From NCBI GenBank assembly GCA_039915165.1, contig JBDSNU010000017.1, forward strand, positions 2,041 through 66,040: a stretch of DNA of 64,000 nucleotides, written 5' to 3'. Below are positions 10,669 to 19,303 of this stretch, piece after piece. The translations under genes were made by a program, and so were the position numbers. The first letter of the stretch is position 1; every line of letters starts with the position of its first letter. The DNA comes from Minisyncoccota bacterium. Its GTDB lineage: Bacteria; Patescibacteriota; Minisyncoccia; Phycocordibacterales; UBA9973. Below the pieces are notes generated by a model that worked only from the letters and a program-made list of their open reading frames with translations, was not told the origin of the DNA and did not search any database.

Positions 10669-11988
10669 TTATTGGGCGATAGAAAGATTACCATTCGCTT
10701 TGAGAGTTTCTGCTGGTTGAATAGTCATTGAACCTGATTGTATTCGAGCAAAAGCCGCCAGACCGATCATTACTGCATTGTCAGTGGCTAGCCATGGCTC
10801 CGGGAAGAGTACGACAACACCAGGCAGTTTCTTTGCTACGCGAGCAGTGAGTTGTTCTTTGAGGTAAGTGTTACCAGAAACACCACCACCAACAACAACA
10901 GTTTGAATACCAAATTCTTCAATTGCGCGCATCGTTTTTTTAGTTAATACATCGATTGCTGCATCTTCAAATGCACATGCCAGCGCTTGTTTTTCAGCTT
11001 CTGTGAGATCACGAACAGGAGCTGTCCCGAGCGTAGTCGAGGGATCTTGCACCAGATCTCGTATCGTATACAACACGGCAGTCTTCAATCCAGAAAATGA
11101 AAAATCATAATCACCTGAGTGCATCATCGGACGCGGAAATTCAAATTTATTTTCTATACCTAATAGCCGGAACTCCCTTGCCAGTTTAGAGACTGCTGGG
11201 CCTCCTGGATAGGGTAGTCCGATCATTCGCGCCACCTTATCAAAAGCTTCACCAACAGCATCATCGCGTGTCTGACCAATCTTTTCATATTCACCATAAC
11301 TTTTTGTTAATACTAGTTCAGTGTGTCCACCAGAAACGAGTAATGCCAAGAGTGGGAATTCTAATTCTTTGAATAAGTACGACTTAGTAGGAGGCAAAAC
11401 AAGAAGACCATATTGCTGGTCCTTGGTCCTCGCTAATCGCTCACCAGACGCATCAATATGGTCTTCTTGTTTTGCCTCCAGAGAAGCCTGGAATTCAATT
11501 ACCGCTGCTGTCACTACATGTCCTTCCATATGATTCACAGGAATCACTGGAATATCCCAGATCTTCGACAATACTTTTGCCGCATTGATGCCAACCCATA
11601 AAGCCGGTTCAAGTCCAGGGCCAACAGTTACTGCGATGTAATCAATGTCAGGTTTTTCATATGTATTAAAAAGGTCAACAAAACCACTAACCATTTCATC
11701 TTCCCGGTTGCAGATCGATGCAACCGTGTCCGTCAAAGCCATGTCTGATGTGGCGACGGAGGATTTGTTAATTAATACTCCAGCTTGCAGCAAAGCATCT
11801 TTTAGAAGAGGAACAATCTTTTCTGCATGCGCGCGTTTTGCCATAGCAGGGAAGACACCGCCGTATTGTGCATGAAGATCGATTTGAGATGCGAGGGCAT
11901 TGCCCAGTAATGTAATACGTTGCCCATCTTGGCTCAAAATTGAGATCCCTGTCTCGTCACAGCTAGTTTCAATAGCCAAAATTTTCAT
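10669..11988 (-). CDS. tsaD: tRNA N6-threonylcarbamoyltransferase TsaD with insertions
   Basis: MKILAIETSCDET, VNHMEGH, LLVSGGHT, DDAVGEAFDK, FSFSGLKT, TDNAVMIG; start taken at the ATG at 11988. Confidence 0.96.
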   Translation of the reverse strand: MKILAIETSCDETGISILSQDGQRITLLGNALASQIDLHAQYGGVFPAMAKRAHAEKIVPLLKDALLQAGVLINKSSVATSDMALTDTVASICNREDEMVSGFVDLFNTYEKPDIDYIAVTVGPGLEPALWVGINAAKVLSKIWDIPVIPVNHMEGHVVTAAVIEFQASLEAKQEDHIDASGERLARTKDQQYGLLVLPPTKSYLFKELEFPLLALLVSGGHTELVLTKSYGEYEKIGQTRDDAVGEAFDKVARMIGLPYPGGPAVSKLAREFRLLGIENKFEFPRPMMHSGDYDFSFSGLKTAVLYTIRDLVQDPSTTLGTAPVRDLTEAEKQALACAFEDAAIDVLTKKTMRAIEEFGIQTVVVGGGVSGNTYLKEQLTARVAKKLPGVVVLFPEPWLATDNAVMIGLAAFARIQSGSMTIQPAETLKANGNLSIAQ

Positions 11989-12062
11989 CGAATTACTATA
12001 GCATTTGATTGATTCTTTTGGAAGGTGTGGTATGATATGGCGAAATAATAAACCAATTAAAT

Positions 12063-12221
12063 ATGAGCTCAATTACTGAAAAAGATGCAGAATTAATTCG
12101 GGATGCGGTGAGATCAACTCAAAAAGTCGTTAGCTTATCTGATCACAGAAAAAAACTAGCGAAAAAACGCCAAGCTGAACAACAAAATGAACAGCTAAAC
12201 AGGCGCAGAGCGTGTTCTTAA
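12063..12221 (+). CDS. Small basic hypothetical protein (52 aa, absent from the ORF track)
   Basis: MSSITEKDAELIRDAVRSTQKVVSLSDHRKKLAKKRQ...; promoter-like sequence upstream and a terminator near 12250. Confidence 0.45.
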   Translation: MSSITEKDAELIRDAVRSTQKVVSLSDHRKKLAKKRQAEQQNEQLNRRRACS

Positions 12222-12326
12222 CAATGTAATGTATTTACGACCCGCATCAAAAAGTCCCTTCACATGAAGGGCTTTTTTTCTTGCCAAATTATAAAAATGT
12301 GGTAATGTAATAAAAACAAAATAGTT

Positions 12327-12965
12327 ATGGAACACTCAGATAAAAAATACTTACATGAATTTCATTATCCGATATTAGAAATTTGTGGTCCTTCTGGTGT
12401 TGGTAAGTCCACATTAGTAAGAATTATGAATGAAATTTTTCCTTCGTATGAACTTTCGATTTCGTGTACTACGCGTGAACAAGACCCCCATCAAGAGGTG
12501 CATGGCAAACATTACTACTTTACTACACGAGAAGAATTTCTTCGCATGAAGTCAAATGGTGAGTTTGCTGAAACAAATCCTTTTATGAAAGGTAATTTAT
12601 ACGGCACACCGTGGTCAGAATTTTTGCGAATATTTCAAGCAGGAAAAGTACCCGCGCTCGATATTGATATAAATGGTGTTTGTCAGTTGGATAATGTTAT
12701 CCCGCGATCAAAAACATTTCGTTTGTATTTAGACGTAACACAAGAAGAGCAGCGAGCTCGATTATTGCGGAGAGGGCGAAGTACTGACACCTCAGAAGTG
12801 ATTGAAAAAAGAGTTATGTATGCCTTACAAGAAAAGGAGCAACTCCTCAAGATTGTTGAGTCTGATCCGCAAATGTTTTACATAAAAGATTACAACACCT
12901 GTGATCCAATTATGTTTGCAAATACACTTATTAATCATTTGGTTCACGGGCACCCACTAGATTAA
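12327..12965 (+). CDS. gmk: Guanylate kinase
   Basis: GPSGVGKST, SISCTTR, HGKHYYF, NLYGTP, LDIDING. Confidence 0.9.
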   Translation: MEHSDKKYLHEFHYPILEICGPSGVGKSTLVRIMNEIFPSYELSISCTTREQDPHQEVHGKHYYFTTREEFLRMKSNGEFAETNPFMKGNLYGTPWSEFLRIFQAGKVPALDIDINGVCQLDNVIPRSKTFRLYLDVTQEEQRARLLRRGRSTDTSEVIEKRVMYALQEKEQLLKIVESDPQMFYIKDYNTCDPIMFANTLINHLVHGHPLD

Positions 12966-13065
12966 CCAATCCCTCACTCTACATTTTGTAGGTTGGGGGA
13001 TTTACTATTTATTAAATGTATTGCTTTTTTATAATAAAGTGTTATAATATAAAAAACAATTAGAA

Positions 13066-13431
13066 ATGAAAAAAGGGATTATTATTTTGGTTGGTCCATC
13101 CACTGAATTCAAAACAGCACTGGTTACTTGCCTCACTCAGCAGTTAACTGATTATGCTGGCATCGTTCAAACAACTGAAGTTGCTGGCATCACTAATAGC
13201 TTGGCTAGTAATATGATTTTTGTTATCGACAAAGATGAATTTACCTATGCCGGAGACATAGCTTTCAGTGTCTATCTTGATTGCACTGTTGTTGAGATGA
13301 AAGATAGAAACAAGCACACCATGGTGTTACTGTTTGATCCTGGTACCACTGATTTTCAAAAAACAGTTGAGACTATTGCTGACAGAATTTTTGAGCGCTA
13401 CCATATCTGGCGCTGTTCCGAAGAAGAGTAA
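13066..13431 (+). CDS. Hypothetical protein, possibly a degenerate NMP-kinase fold
   Basis: N-terminal IIILVGPSTEFKT resembles a decayed P-loop; adjacent to gmk. Confidence 0.5.
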   Translation: MKKGIIILVGPSTEFKTALVTCLTQQLTDYAGIVQTTEVAGITNSLASNMIFVIDKDEFTYAGDIAFSVYLDCTVVEMKDRNKHTMVLLFDPGTTDFQKTVETIADRIFERYHIWRCSEEE

Positions 13432-13559
13432 TCACTGTAAAACCCCCACATATAAGCATATGTGGGGTTTTGTTATGTATAAGGGAATCATTCATCACAT
13501 TGACTTTTTCATAAACTATGACATTATAGAACTAACCAAAGCACATTAAATATACGAAA

Positions 13560-13964
13560 ATGAAAAACACAGTTATTATGTTAGCAATTGCTGTAATGGC
13601 AACCTTCTGTACGAGTTGCACTCCACAAAAGGGTTCAATAATGTATTACAAAAATTTGATAAAGGTCTTAGATGAAAAAGAAGCTGAATATCTAGCACAT
13701 ATCGATCCTGTTGCTGCTGATGTTATCAGAGCGAATACTAATCGCGATGAAGACAACAGTGCTTCCGTTGCCACATACGATGCCGCTGTTCAAAAATACA
13801 AGCAAGTTTATAATCAACAGCACGGTTTGTTATTAGAAATAAAAAGTATTAGCAAAGAGATTAAAATGGCCCCGAAAGAAGATTTTAGTAAGTTTGATGA
13901 AAATCAAGCAACCACTATTCTCATGGCGACACAAATTATCGATTTCAAAATACCTAAAGAGTAA
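13560..13964 (+). CDS. Orphan putative lipoprotein
   Basis: MKNTVIMLAIAVMATFCTSC lipobox-like signal; own promoter and terminator. Confidence 0.6.
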   Translation: MKNTVIMLAIAVMATFCTSCTPQKGSIMYYKNLIKVLDEKEAEYLAHIDPVAADVIRANTNRDEDNSASVATYDAAVQKYKQVYNQQHGLLLEIKSISKEIKMAPKEDFSKFDENQATTILMATQIIDFKIPKE

Positions 13965-14054
13965 TAATAACCACACATTGCTAAGAGACCAGTTCATCCT
14001 GGTCTTTTTTATTGACTTTTTAATAGAAAAAGGTATGGTAAAGAAAACATAAAG

Positions 14055-14492
14055 ATGAAAAAATACTTATTATATGCCGTAGTGTCATGTGCGATAGTAT
14101 TGACCACTACTCCTACGTATGCACAAATAGACCGTGTGCCACCTCTGAGTCTGGAACCAAGCGAGTTGGCCGGACAAAAGATTTGTCAGTATTATTGTCC
14201 TGATACATTGCACCTGATACAAGCTAAATATCTGAAACATACAACAGTACTTCCTGCCGGCACGCAACTTGGAGGAAATCAAATCAGTATGGACTTGGCT
14301 ATTAATTGTGCGATATATTTAGCATCAGACACTGTCACATTTCTTCCTTCCAAAAAAATATGGAATGGTATCCGTACTACCGATGGCATGCTCATCCTGT
14401 TTTGGGAAAAAGGGAAGTGGATACTCTGGTATGACAAAAAGAATCCCGATCAAATTGATCAGGAAATACAACTCTTCACGTACACAAATTAA
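14055..14492 (+). CDS. Orphan secreted protein (...TYA|QID)
   Basis: Signal peptide; own TTGACT promoter and terminator. Confidence 0.6.
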   Translation: MKKYLLYAVVSCAIVLTTTPTYAQIDRVPPLSLEPSELAGQKICQYYCPDTLHLIQAKYLKHTTVLPAGTQLGGNQISMDLAINCAIYLASDTVTFLPSKKIWNGIRTTDGMLILFWEKGKWILWYDKKNPDQIDQEIQLFTYTN

Positions 14493-14576
14493 AAAACAAA
14501 AAGCCGCTGCAAGAGCGGCTTTTTATTGACATTTTTAATAAATAGTGTAGAGTTTTTAAAACGTAACATACAAATT

Positions 14577-14984
14577 ATGAAAGCAAAAAACAAAACCATT
14601 ATTATCATTGAGGTATCAGATTTGGTAACAACACTTGAGCATTCAAAAATTATTGCCGCAGGTGGAATACTCGATACAGTTACTATTAATGAGAAAAACC
14701 AAATTGAAATTGTGTTTTTAGCAGGTGGCTCTATAGAAGGTATTGAGAAAATAGTTACTGTTGTAAGCGCAGAAACAGAAGCATTTCTTAGTACGCCATT
14801 AGGTGAATTAGATTTGAGTGTATATCTTATCAATCTACTTAAAGCAAAAGATATAGTAATTATTGGCGATATTAAAAAGCATACCTGGGACGAACTTTTA
14901 AAAACCAGGGGATTTGGCGAAAAAGCCGCAAAATCACTAAAGCAGCTACTGGAAGAACACCATGTTTGTTTGACTCAAAAGTAA
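14577..14984 (+). CDS. Protein with a C-terminal RNA polymerase alpha-CTD-like domain
   Basis: FLSTPLGELDLSVYLINLLKAKDI.IIGDI...ELLKTRGFGEKAAKSLKQLL matches the alpha-CTD pattern. Confidence 0.75.
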   Translation: MKAKNKTIIIIEVSDLVTTLEHSKIIAAGGILDTVTINEKNQIEIVFLAGGSIEGIEKIVTVVSAETEAFLSTPLGELDLSVYLINLLKAKDIVIIGDIKKHTWDELLKTRGFGEKAAKSLKQLLEEHHVCLTQK

Positions 14985-15003
14985 TTCTTGGTAAAACACA
15001 TGC

Positions 15004-15035
15004 AAAGCAATCTTAGAAATAAGATTGCTTTTTTA
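15004..15035 (+). terminator. Intrinsic terminator
   Basis: AAAGCAATCTTA-GAAA-TAAGATTGCTTT followed by a T run. Confidence 0.8.
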
Positions 15036-15112
15036 TTTTGTGTGTACGCCCTGTCGCTCTTCGAGCTATGAGGTGGGCCCACCGCGAAGCATGAGGTCTT
15101 CGAATGCGAAGT

Positions 15113-15202
15113 GGTGACCCCACTGCGTGGCTTTCAGAACTTTTAAAGCAAAGTGATTATATAAAAAGTAGTATTAATTCTCTGAGGATATTGATGAAAT
15201 AA
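15113..15202 (+). repeat. att copy 1 plus start-less recombinase tail GDPTAWLSELLKQSDYIKSSINSLRILMK*
   Basis: GGTGACCCCAC identical to 29645-29655; translated by hand. Confidence 0.85.
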
Positions 15203-15252
15203 AAAAGAGCATCACGTTAATTCGTAATGCTCTTTACTGTTTTTGAAATCCC

Positions 15253-15717
15253 TTATACAAGCTCTGTGCCGTTCTGTATCGCGAAGCGGAAGCCTCGTGA
15301 TTTAACGTAGCCTTCGAGTATGTCTACCATAGATTGACTGATACCGCGGAACTTTGTCAGCTCGGTTGCAGGCACGGAAAGCATGTCAGAAAGATACACC
15401 CAACCGCTTGCCCTTACTGCCAGACCAATGCGCGTAACACTGTTCTTGTTACCAACGGTATGGTCATGGAAGTCAATCATGAAGTCGCGCAGAGGTATCC
15501 CTTTGGCGTTCTCCATCATTTCCTGACGTTCGGAAATCTCCCTCTTCGTTAGCTTCCTCGCAAATGCAAGGTTTACGAAGATTTTATCAGGCAGGTTCGT
15601 GTTGATGGTAAAGTTCCTGTCTCCCGTGATTTTCATTGCTCCCTTTGCAAGGAGCTTAACAAGGTCTTCTTTGCCAATCTCCAGAGTGGCAGAGATGTCG
15701 TTTTTAGTTACTTTCAT
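15253..15717 (-). CDS. Cassette 1 protein with a divergent alpha-CTD-like C-terminus
   Basis: SVTRIGLAVRASGWVYLSDMLSVPATELTKFRGISQSMVDILE resembles the alpha-CTD/HhH pattern. Confidence 0.6.
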   Translation of the reverse strand: MKVTKNDISATLEIGKEDLVKLLAKGAMKITGDRNFTINTNLPDKIFVNLAFARKLTKREISERQEMMENAKGIPLRDFMIDFHDHTVGNKNSVTRIGLAVRASGWVYLSDMLSVPATELTKFRGISQSMVDILEGYVKSRGFRFAIQNGTELV

Positions 15718-15775
15718 CAGTATAGGTTTTTAATGTTTTACATTTTTTATTTGTCCTAACCCTAGCACAAAACAC

Positions 15776-15803
15776 TTGACATGTCAACGTATTGTGGTAA
15801 TGT
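15776..15803. promoter_or_regulatory. Bidirectional promoter of cassette 1 (back-to-back -35 boxes)
   Basis: Palindrome TTGACATGTCAA with extended -10-like boxes on both sides, between divergent genes. Confidence 0.7.
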
Positions 15804-16479
15804 GAAGGAAACACTAAAACCCAATAACGATGATAGACATACCAAATCCGCCCAAACTCGTAAGCGAGGGCCATCTCTCTCCAGAAGGAGCGGAAACACT
15901 CTTAAAATGGAAGAGGCCTTTGACAAGCTCGGCTACGCCGCTGATATAGAGGAGAGCAACTCTGGCGCTGTGCTTCTAAAAAACGGTGACCTGTTATGGT
16001 TCGATTCCAATGCCGCGCCAATTGACGCTGGCGACTACGCACCGTACATCCACGGTCGTCTGACAAGTGACATGAAAGGTAGTATCTGCATTTACGATCC
16101 CGAGCACGGTTCGGAAAGGTCGTTTAAGAAATGGATAACCATGATCGAGGAAGCCGGCTCTCCTGTTAAGGAAGAAGAAACGTATGGCACGTGGGAGGAG
16201 ATATACAATATCGCCGCCAAGTACGCAGACTTCAGGAACAGCATGATTCCGCCTATCGACAACATTGAGGCCAAGGAAAAGTTCCTCGATACCAGCCTCT
16301 ACGATCTGGAGGTAAGCACACGGGTGTTTACCAGCCTTGCTGCGCAGAATATCTTGACCCCGCGCGACCTTTTAGGCTACACGGCTTCAGAACTTTTGAA
16401 ATTTAATAATTTTGGCAAGAAGACCCTTCCTGAGATTGTAGAGATTCTGAAAAGGTATGATCTTCAGCTAAAGGATTGA
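15781..16479 (+). CDS. Cassette 1 protein with a C-terminal alpha-CTD domain (true start probably 15908, or 15830 with a frameshift)
   Basis: FLDTSLYDLEVSTRVFTSLAAQNILTPRDLLGYTASELLKFNNFGKKTLPEIVEILKRYDLQL is a strong alpha-CTD match; the track start lies inside the promoter. Confidence 0.8.
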   Translation: MSTYCGNVKETLKPNNDDRHTKSAQTRKRGPSLSRRSGNTLKMEEAFDKLGYAADIEESNSGAVLLKNGDLLWFDSNAAPIDAGDYAPYIHGRLTSDMKGSICIYDPEHGSERSFKKWITMIEEAGSPVKEEETYGTWEEIYNIAAKYADFRNSMIPPIDNIEAKEKFLDTSLYDLEVSTRVFTSLAAQNILTPRDLLGYTASELLKFNNFGKKTLPEIVEILKRYDLQLKD

Positions 16480-16570
16480 TTTATTCAAACCGCTTAAGCC
16501 CTCTCAGAAATGAGGGAGCTTTTTTTATTTGTGCGTGCACCGCATAGCTCGAGGTCTTCGAGAGCGACGT

Positions 16571-16660
16571 GGTGACCCCACTGCGTGGCTTTCAGAACTT
16601 TGTAGGAATGGTGATTATATAAAAAGTAGTATTACTGTATTGGAAGTGTTAGTAAAATAA
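16571..16660 (+). repeat. att copy 2 plus tail GDPTAWLSELCRNGDYIKSSITVLEVLVK*
   Basis: First 31 bp identical to copy 1; open for 29 codons; followed by hairpin AAGCTTCACAT-CTTA-ATGTGAAGCTT. Confidence 0.85.
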
Positions 16661-16707
16661 AAAAGCTTCACATCTTAATGTGAAGCTTGAAGAATTTGAT
16701 TCATAAC

Positions 16708-17127
16708 TCAGTGCGTCGGGATGACTGTTTCTTTTGTGGTGCTAATTTCCCACCTGAGCTTAAGCGCCCAGCCCTGAGCGTATGAGTCATAAAGACCCTG
16801 CATCTGCTCAAGGGACTTACATTCCATGCGCTTGTCGCCAAGGCCCTGGTCGTATATCCCGATAACCTTATCGTCTTTGCCTAGTACAGGCATAGACGTG
16901 GGTCGGCCATACAGCTCAAGCGGCCTTGAGCCCATCGCTGTGACATTGATGCCTGCGGAGCCCTTGAACCTAATAGATGCTTCATCTGCTATATTTGAAG
17001 CAATAATGGCTTCGTACCAAAAATCAGGATAGCCATCAAATGCATCTTTAACTGTGCGAATGTTTGCTTCCCATTCCTCGGCGGAAGCGCTACCTCTCAT
17101 TAGATCAATAACTTCTTGTCTTGTCAT
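16708..17127 (-). CDS. Cassette 2 hypothetical protein
   Basis: 139-aa ORF between the bidirectional promoter and a hairpin terminator. Confidence 0.65.
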   Translation of the reverse strand: MTRQEVIDLMRGSASAEEWEANIRTVKDAFDGYPDFWYEAIIASNIADEASIRFKGSAGINVTAMGSRPLELYGRPTSMPVLGKDDKVIGIYDQGLGDKRMECKSLEQMQGLYDSYAQGWALKLRWEISTTKETVIPTH

Positions 17128-17187
17128 TGCAAATTTATTTAGAGTGAATTAAAAGTACTTTACTGGTTTTATAATAACAGAATGTCC

Positions 17188-17215
17188 TTGACATGTCAAT
17201 GTATTGTGGTAATGT
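17188..17215. promoter_or_regulatory. Bidirectional promoter of cassette 2
   Basis: TTGACATGTCAATGTATTGTGGTAATGT, 27/28 identical to 15776-15803. Confidence 0.7.
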
Positions 17216-17318
17216 AAAATAAAGTTTTAATTCCTTGCGGATGCAGGGTGGCTCACTTGAGCAACGGAGCATGTTCCCAGCTTCAACCTTGGGAATGTTA
17301 TTTCAAAACAATTTTCGG

Positions 17319-17870
17319 ATGGAAATGTTAACTATCAACGACGGTCCCTCAAGGGAGGAGCTGTTCGACTCAATTCGCCGCAGCATTGATGTATGGTTTG
17401 AATTTGCACCTGTGCGTAATGGCCAAGCGCAGGTATTCTCGGTCAAGCGAGTTGTGCTCAATTATGACCAAAGCAACCATTTCTGGCACGTCATTTTCAA
17501 TGTCGGATTCAAGGGAGAGACCCTGCACGGCAAACAGTATCAGGCTTACTATTCAACAGGCAGTCGCAAGGGCTTTACCGTCGAAAAGGAGGTAAGCTTT
17601 GAACTTGTTAAAGGCGAGACTCATCATTATCCGCTCACATCGGGCGAACTGTATGCAATGCTCAAGTATTCAAAGTTATGTCCGACCTTGCACTGGAACA
17701 TGCTACACGCTCGACTTGATAAAGCCATTCCAAACTACCCGCTGACCGAAGACGTGATGAGGAGGCAGAAAAAGCTTCCGCTACTGCTGTCGAAGATAAG
17801 GAAATCCAAGAAACTGGACGCGGTGGAAAAGCACCTTCCCGAAATGATGCAACTGCTTTGCATGCCTTAA
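17319..17870 (+). CDS. Cassette 2 hypothetical protein
   Basis: ORF (MEMLTINDGPSREELFDSIR...) followed by terminator 17882-17915; start uncertain. Confidence 0.6.
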   Translation: MEMLTINDGPSREELFDSIRRSIDVWFEFAPVRNGQAQVFSVKRVVLNYDQSNHFWHVIFNVGFKGETLHGKQYQAYYSTGSRKGFTVEKEVSFELVKGETHHYPLTSGELYAMLKYSKLCPTLHWNMLHARLDKAIPNYPLTEDVMRRQKKLPLLLSKIRKSKKLDAVEKHLPEMMQLLCMP

Positions 17871-17981
17871 TTGCATGCTGCGCCCTGAAACCTAAAACGT
17901 TTCGGGGCTTTTTTATTTGCATAAGTTCTGAATACGCAATGTAGTATGTAAAAATATCTTTACATACTAGCGTTTAAAATT

Positions 17982-18080
17982 TGTGACCCCAAGACTTGGA
18001 TTTCCGAACTGGTCCAAGACTACTCATTGATCAAGGCGAGCATTTTTGAAATGAAAGAGTTGGATTTCTCTATCAAATAA
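17982..18080 (+). repeat. att copy 3 (divergent) plus tail CDPKTWISELVQDYSLIKASIFEMKELDFSIK*
   Basis: GTGACCCCA core; DNA diverged but peptide pattern DPxxWxSEL...IKxSI kept. Confidence 0.75.
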
Positions 18081-18120
18081 AAAAGGCGGACATAAAGGTC
18101 CGCCTCTCAATTTACAAATT

Positions 18121-18672
18121 TTAAATTCTTTCCCTCATCCAATCAAATAGTGCCCTGCGGCTTTTGATAACTTCTGTGAGTGACGTAGGTTCAGGGTAAG
18201 GGTCAATGAACGGAGCAGCATCCTTTGTGTGAGGCTTCAGCAGTACAATGCCCGTGAGCGATCCCGCTATCACTGCAGCCATACCAATCACAACGATGAG
18301 GCTCGCGTAAGCGAAAGTGAACGCAATGGGCCCGAAGAACGCATAGTATACGATTGCCATTATCAGGCTAAATCCCAGTCCTGGCCCGATACCGACCCAC
18401 ATATCTCCCATGGTGTCCATAAAATCGTCAAAGAGGTCATCGGATGCATCGTAAGGCTTGTCTTTCTTGTTAACTACAAAGTATGACCCCAATCCGCCAA
18501 GTGCATAGACTGCCACGAGGGTAATTTTTGCAAAAAGGGCGAAATTTGAGGAGTCGTGCTCTAAGCCCCAACCCATCCGGTAAATAAGTACCCCTGCAAG
18601 AACGAATACTGCGAGTTTTGCGATCGCTACCACTGCTTTTTTCAGGAAGCTAAAGTTGAATGTTGTTTTCAT
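18121..18672 (-). CDS. Cassette 3 multi-TM membrane protein
   Basis: About four hydrophobic helices. Confidence 0.65.
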   Translation of the reverse strand: MKTTFNFSFLKKAVVAIAKLAVFVLAGVLIYRMGWGLEHDSSNFALFAKITLVAVYALGGLGSYFVVNKKDKPYDASDDLFDDFMDTMGDMWVGIGPGLGFSLIMAIVYYAFFGPIAFTFAYASLIVVIGMAAVIAGSLTGIVLLKPHTKDAAPFIDPYPEPTSLTEVIKSRRALFDWMRERI

Positions 18673-18684
18673 TTTTTTTGTTTT

Positions 18685-19251
18685 TTAAAGAATGTTGTTT
18701 TCAATACCATACACTTTCCTAAGTGCAGTCCGAGCGTCCTCGCCCAGGCGGTCTGCCACGATAAACCAAAACGGTATGCGGCTTTCCCATTGCTCTTCTC
18801 GCGATACGCGCTGGTCAACCTCTAGGGTGTCCAGCAGCATCATCCATTGCAGCTCAACGAACTGCTTGGGCGTGACAGGAAGATTTGTCAGAAGCTCCCT
18901 GTCTAATAAAAAATAGGGTGTGTTTTCCAACACGCTTCGGTCAAAGGACTGCTGCGACATGCGGCAATAGGCATATACTAAGGCTTCTGCCTCAGCGCCA
19001 ATCTTTTCCCGTACTTCGCCACGACGCTCAAGTGAAATTGAGAAGCCGTTGAAGTTTTCAGTGCCGTAAATTGAATGGAAGAGCCCAGCCACTATCGTTG
19101 AGAATGGGCGGTTATACCTTTCCAGATATTTTGCCAAGCCTTTCAGGTGAGGGAGAAACTTTCCGTTAGTGTGCTCGACGTCTGTGACGCCAAGCGTAAG
19201 CAGGTAGTCCGATAACGGACCGTTCAGAAGCGTTTTTTCTTGTGTTGTCAT
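18685..19251 (-). CDS. Cassette 3 DUF6817-like (HD-related) protein
   Basis: EHTNGKFLPHLKG...AGLFHSIYGTE...RGEVREKIGAEAEALVYAYC. Confidence 0.75.
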   Translation of the reverse strand: MTTQEKTLLNGPLSDYLLTLGVTDVEHTNGKFLPHLKGLAKYLERYNRPFSTIVAGLFHSIYGTENFNGFSISLERRGEVREKIGAEAEALVYAYCRMSQQSFDRSVLENTPYFLLDRELLTNLPVTPKQFVELQWMMLLDTLEVDQRVSREEQWESRIPFWFIVADRLGEDARTALRKVYGIENNIL

Positions 19252-19303
19252 GAGGTTACATTTTTTAACATAATGCAATATATGTTAAAAAATGTCAATG
19301 TTT

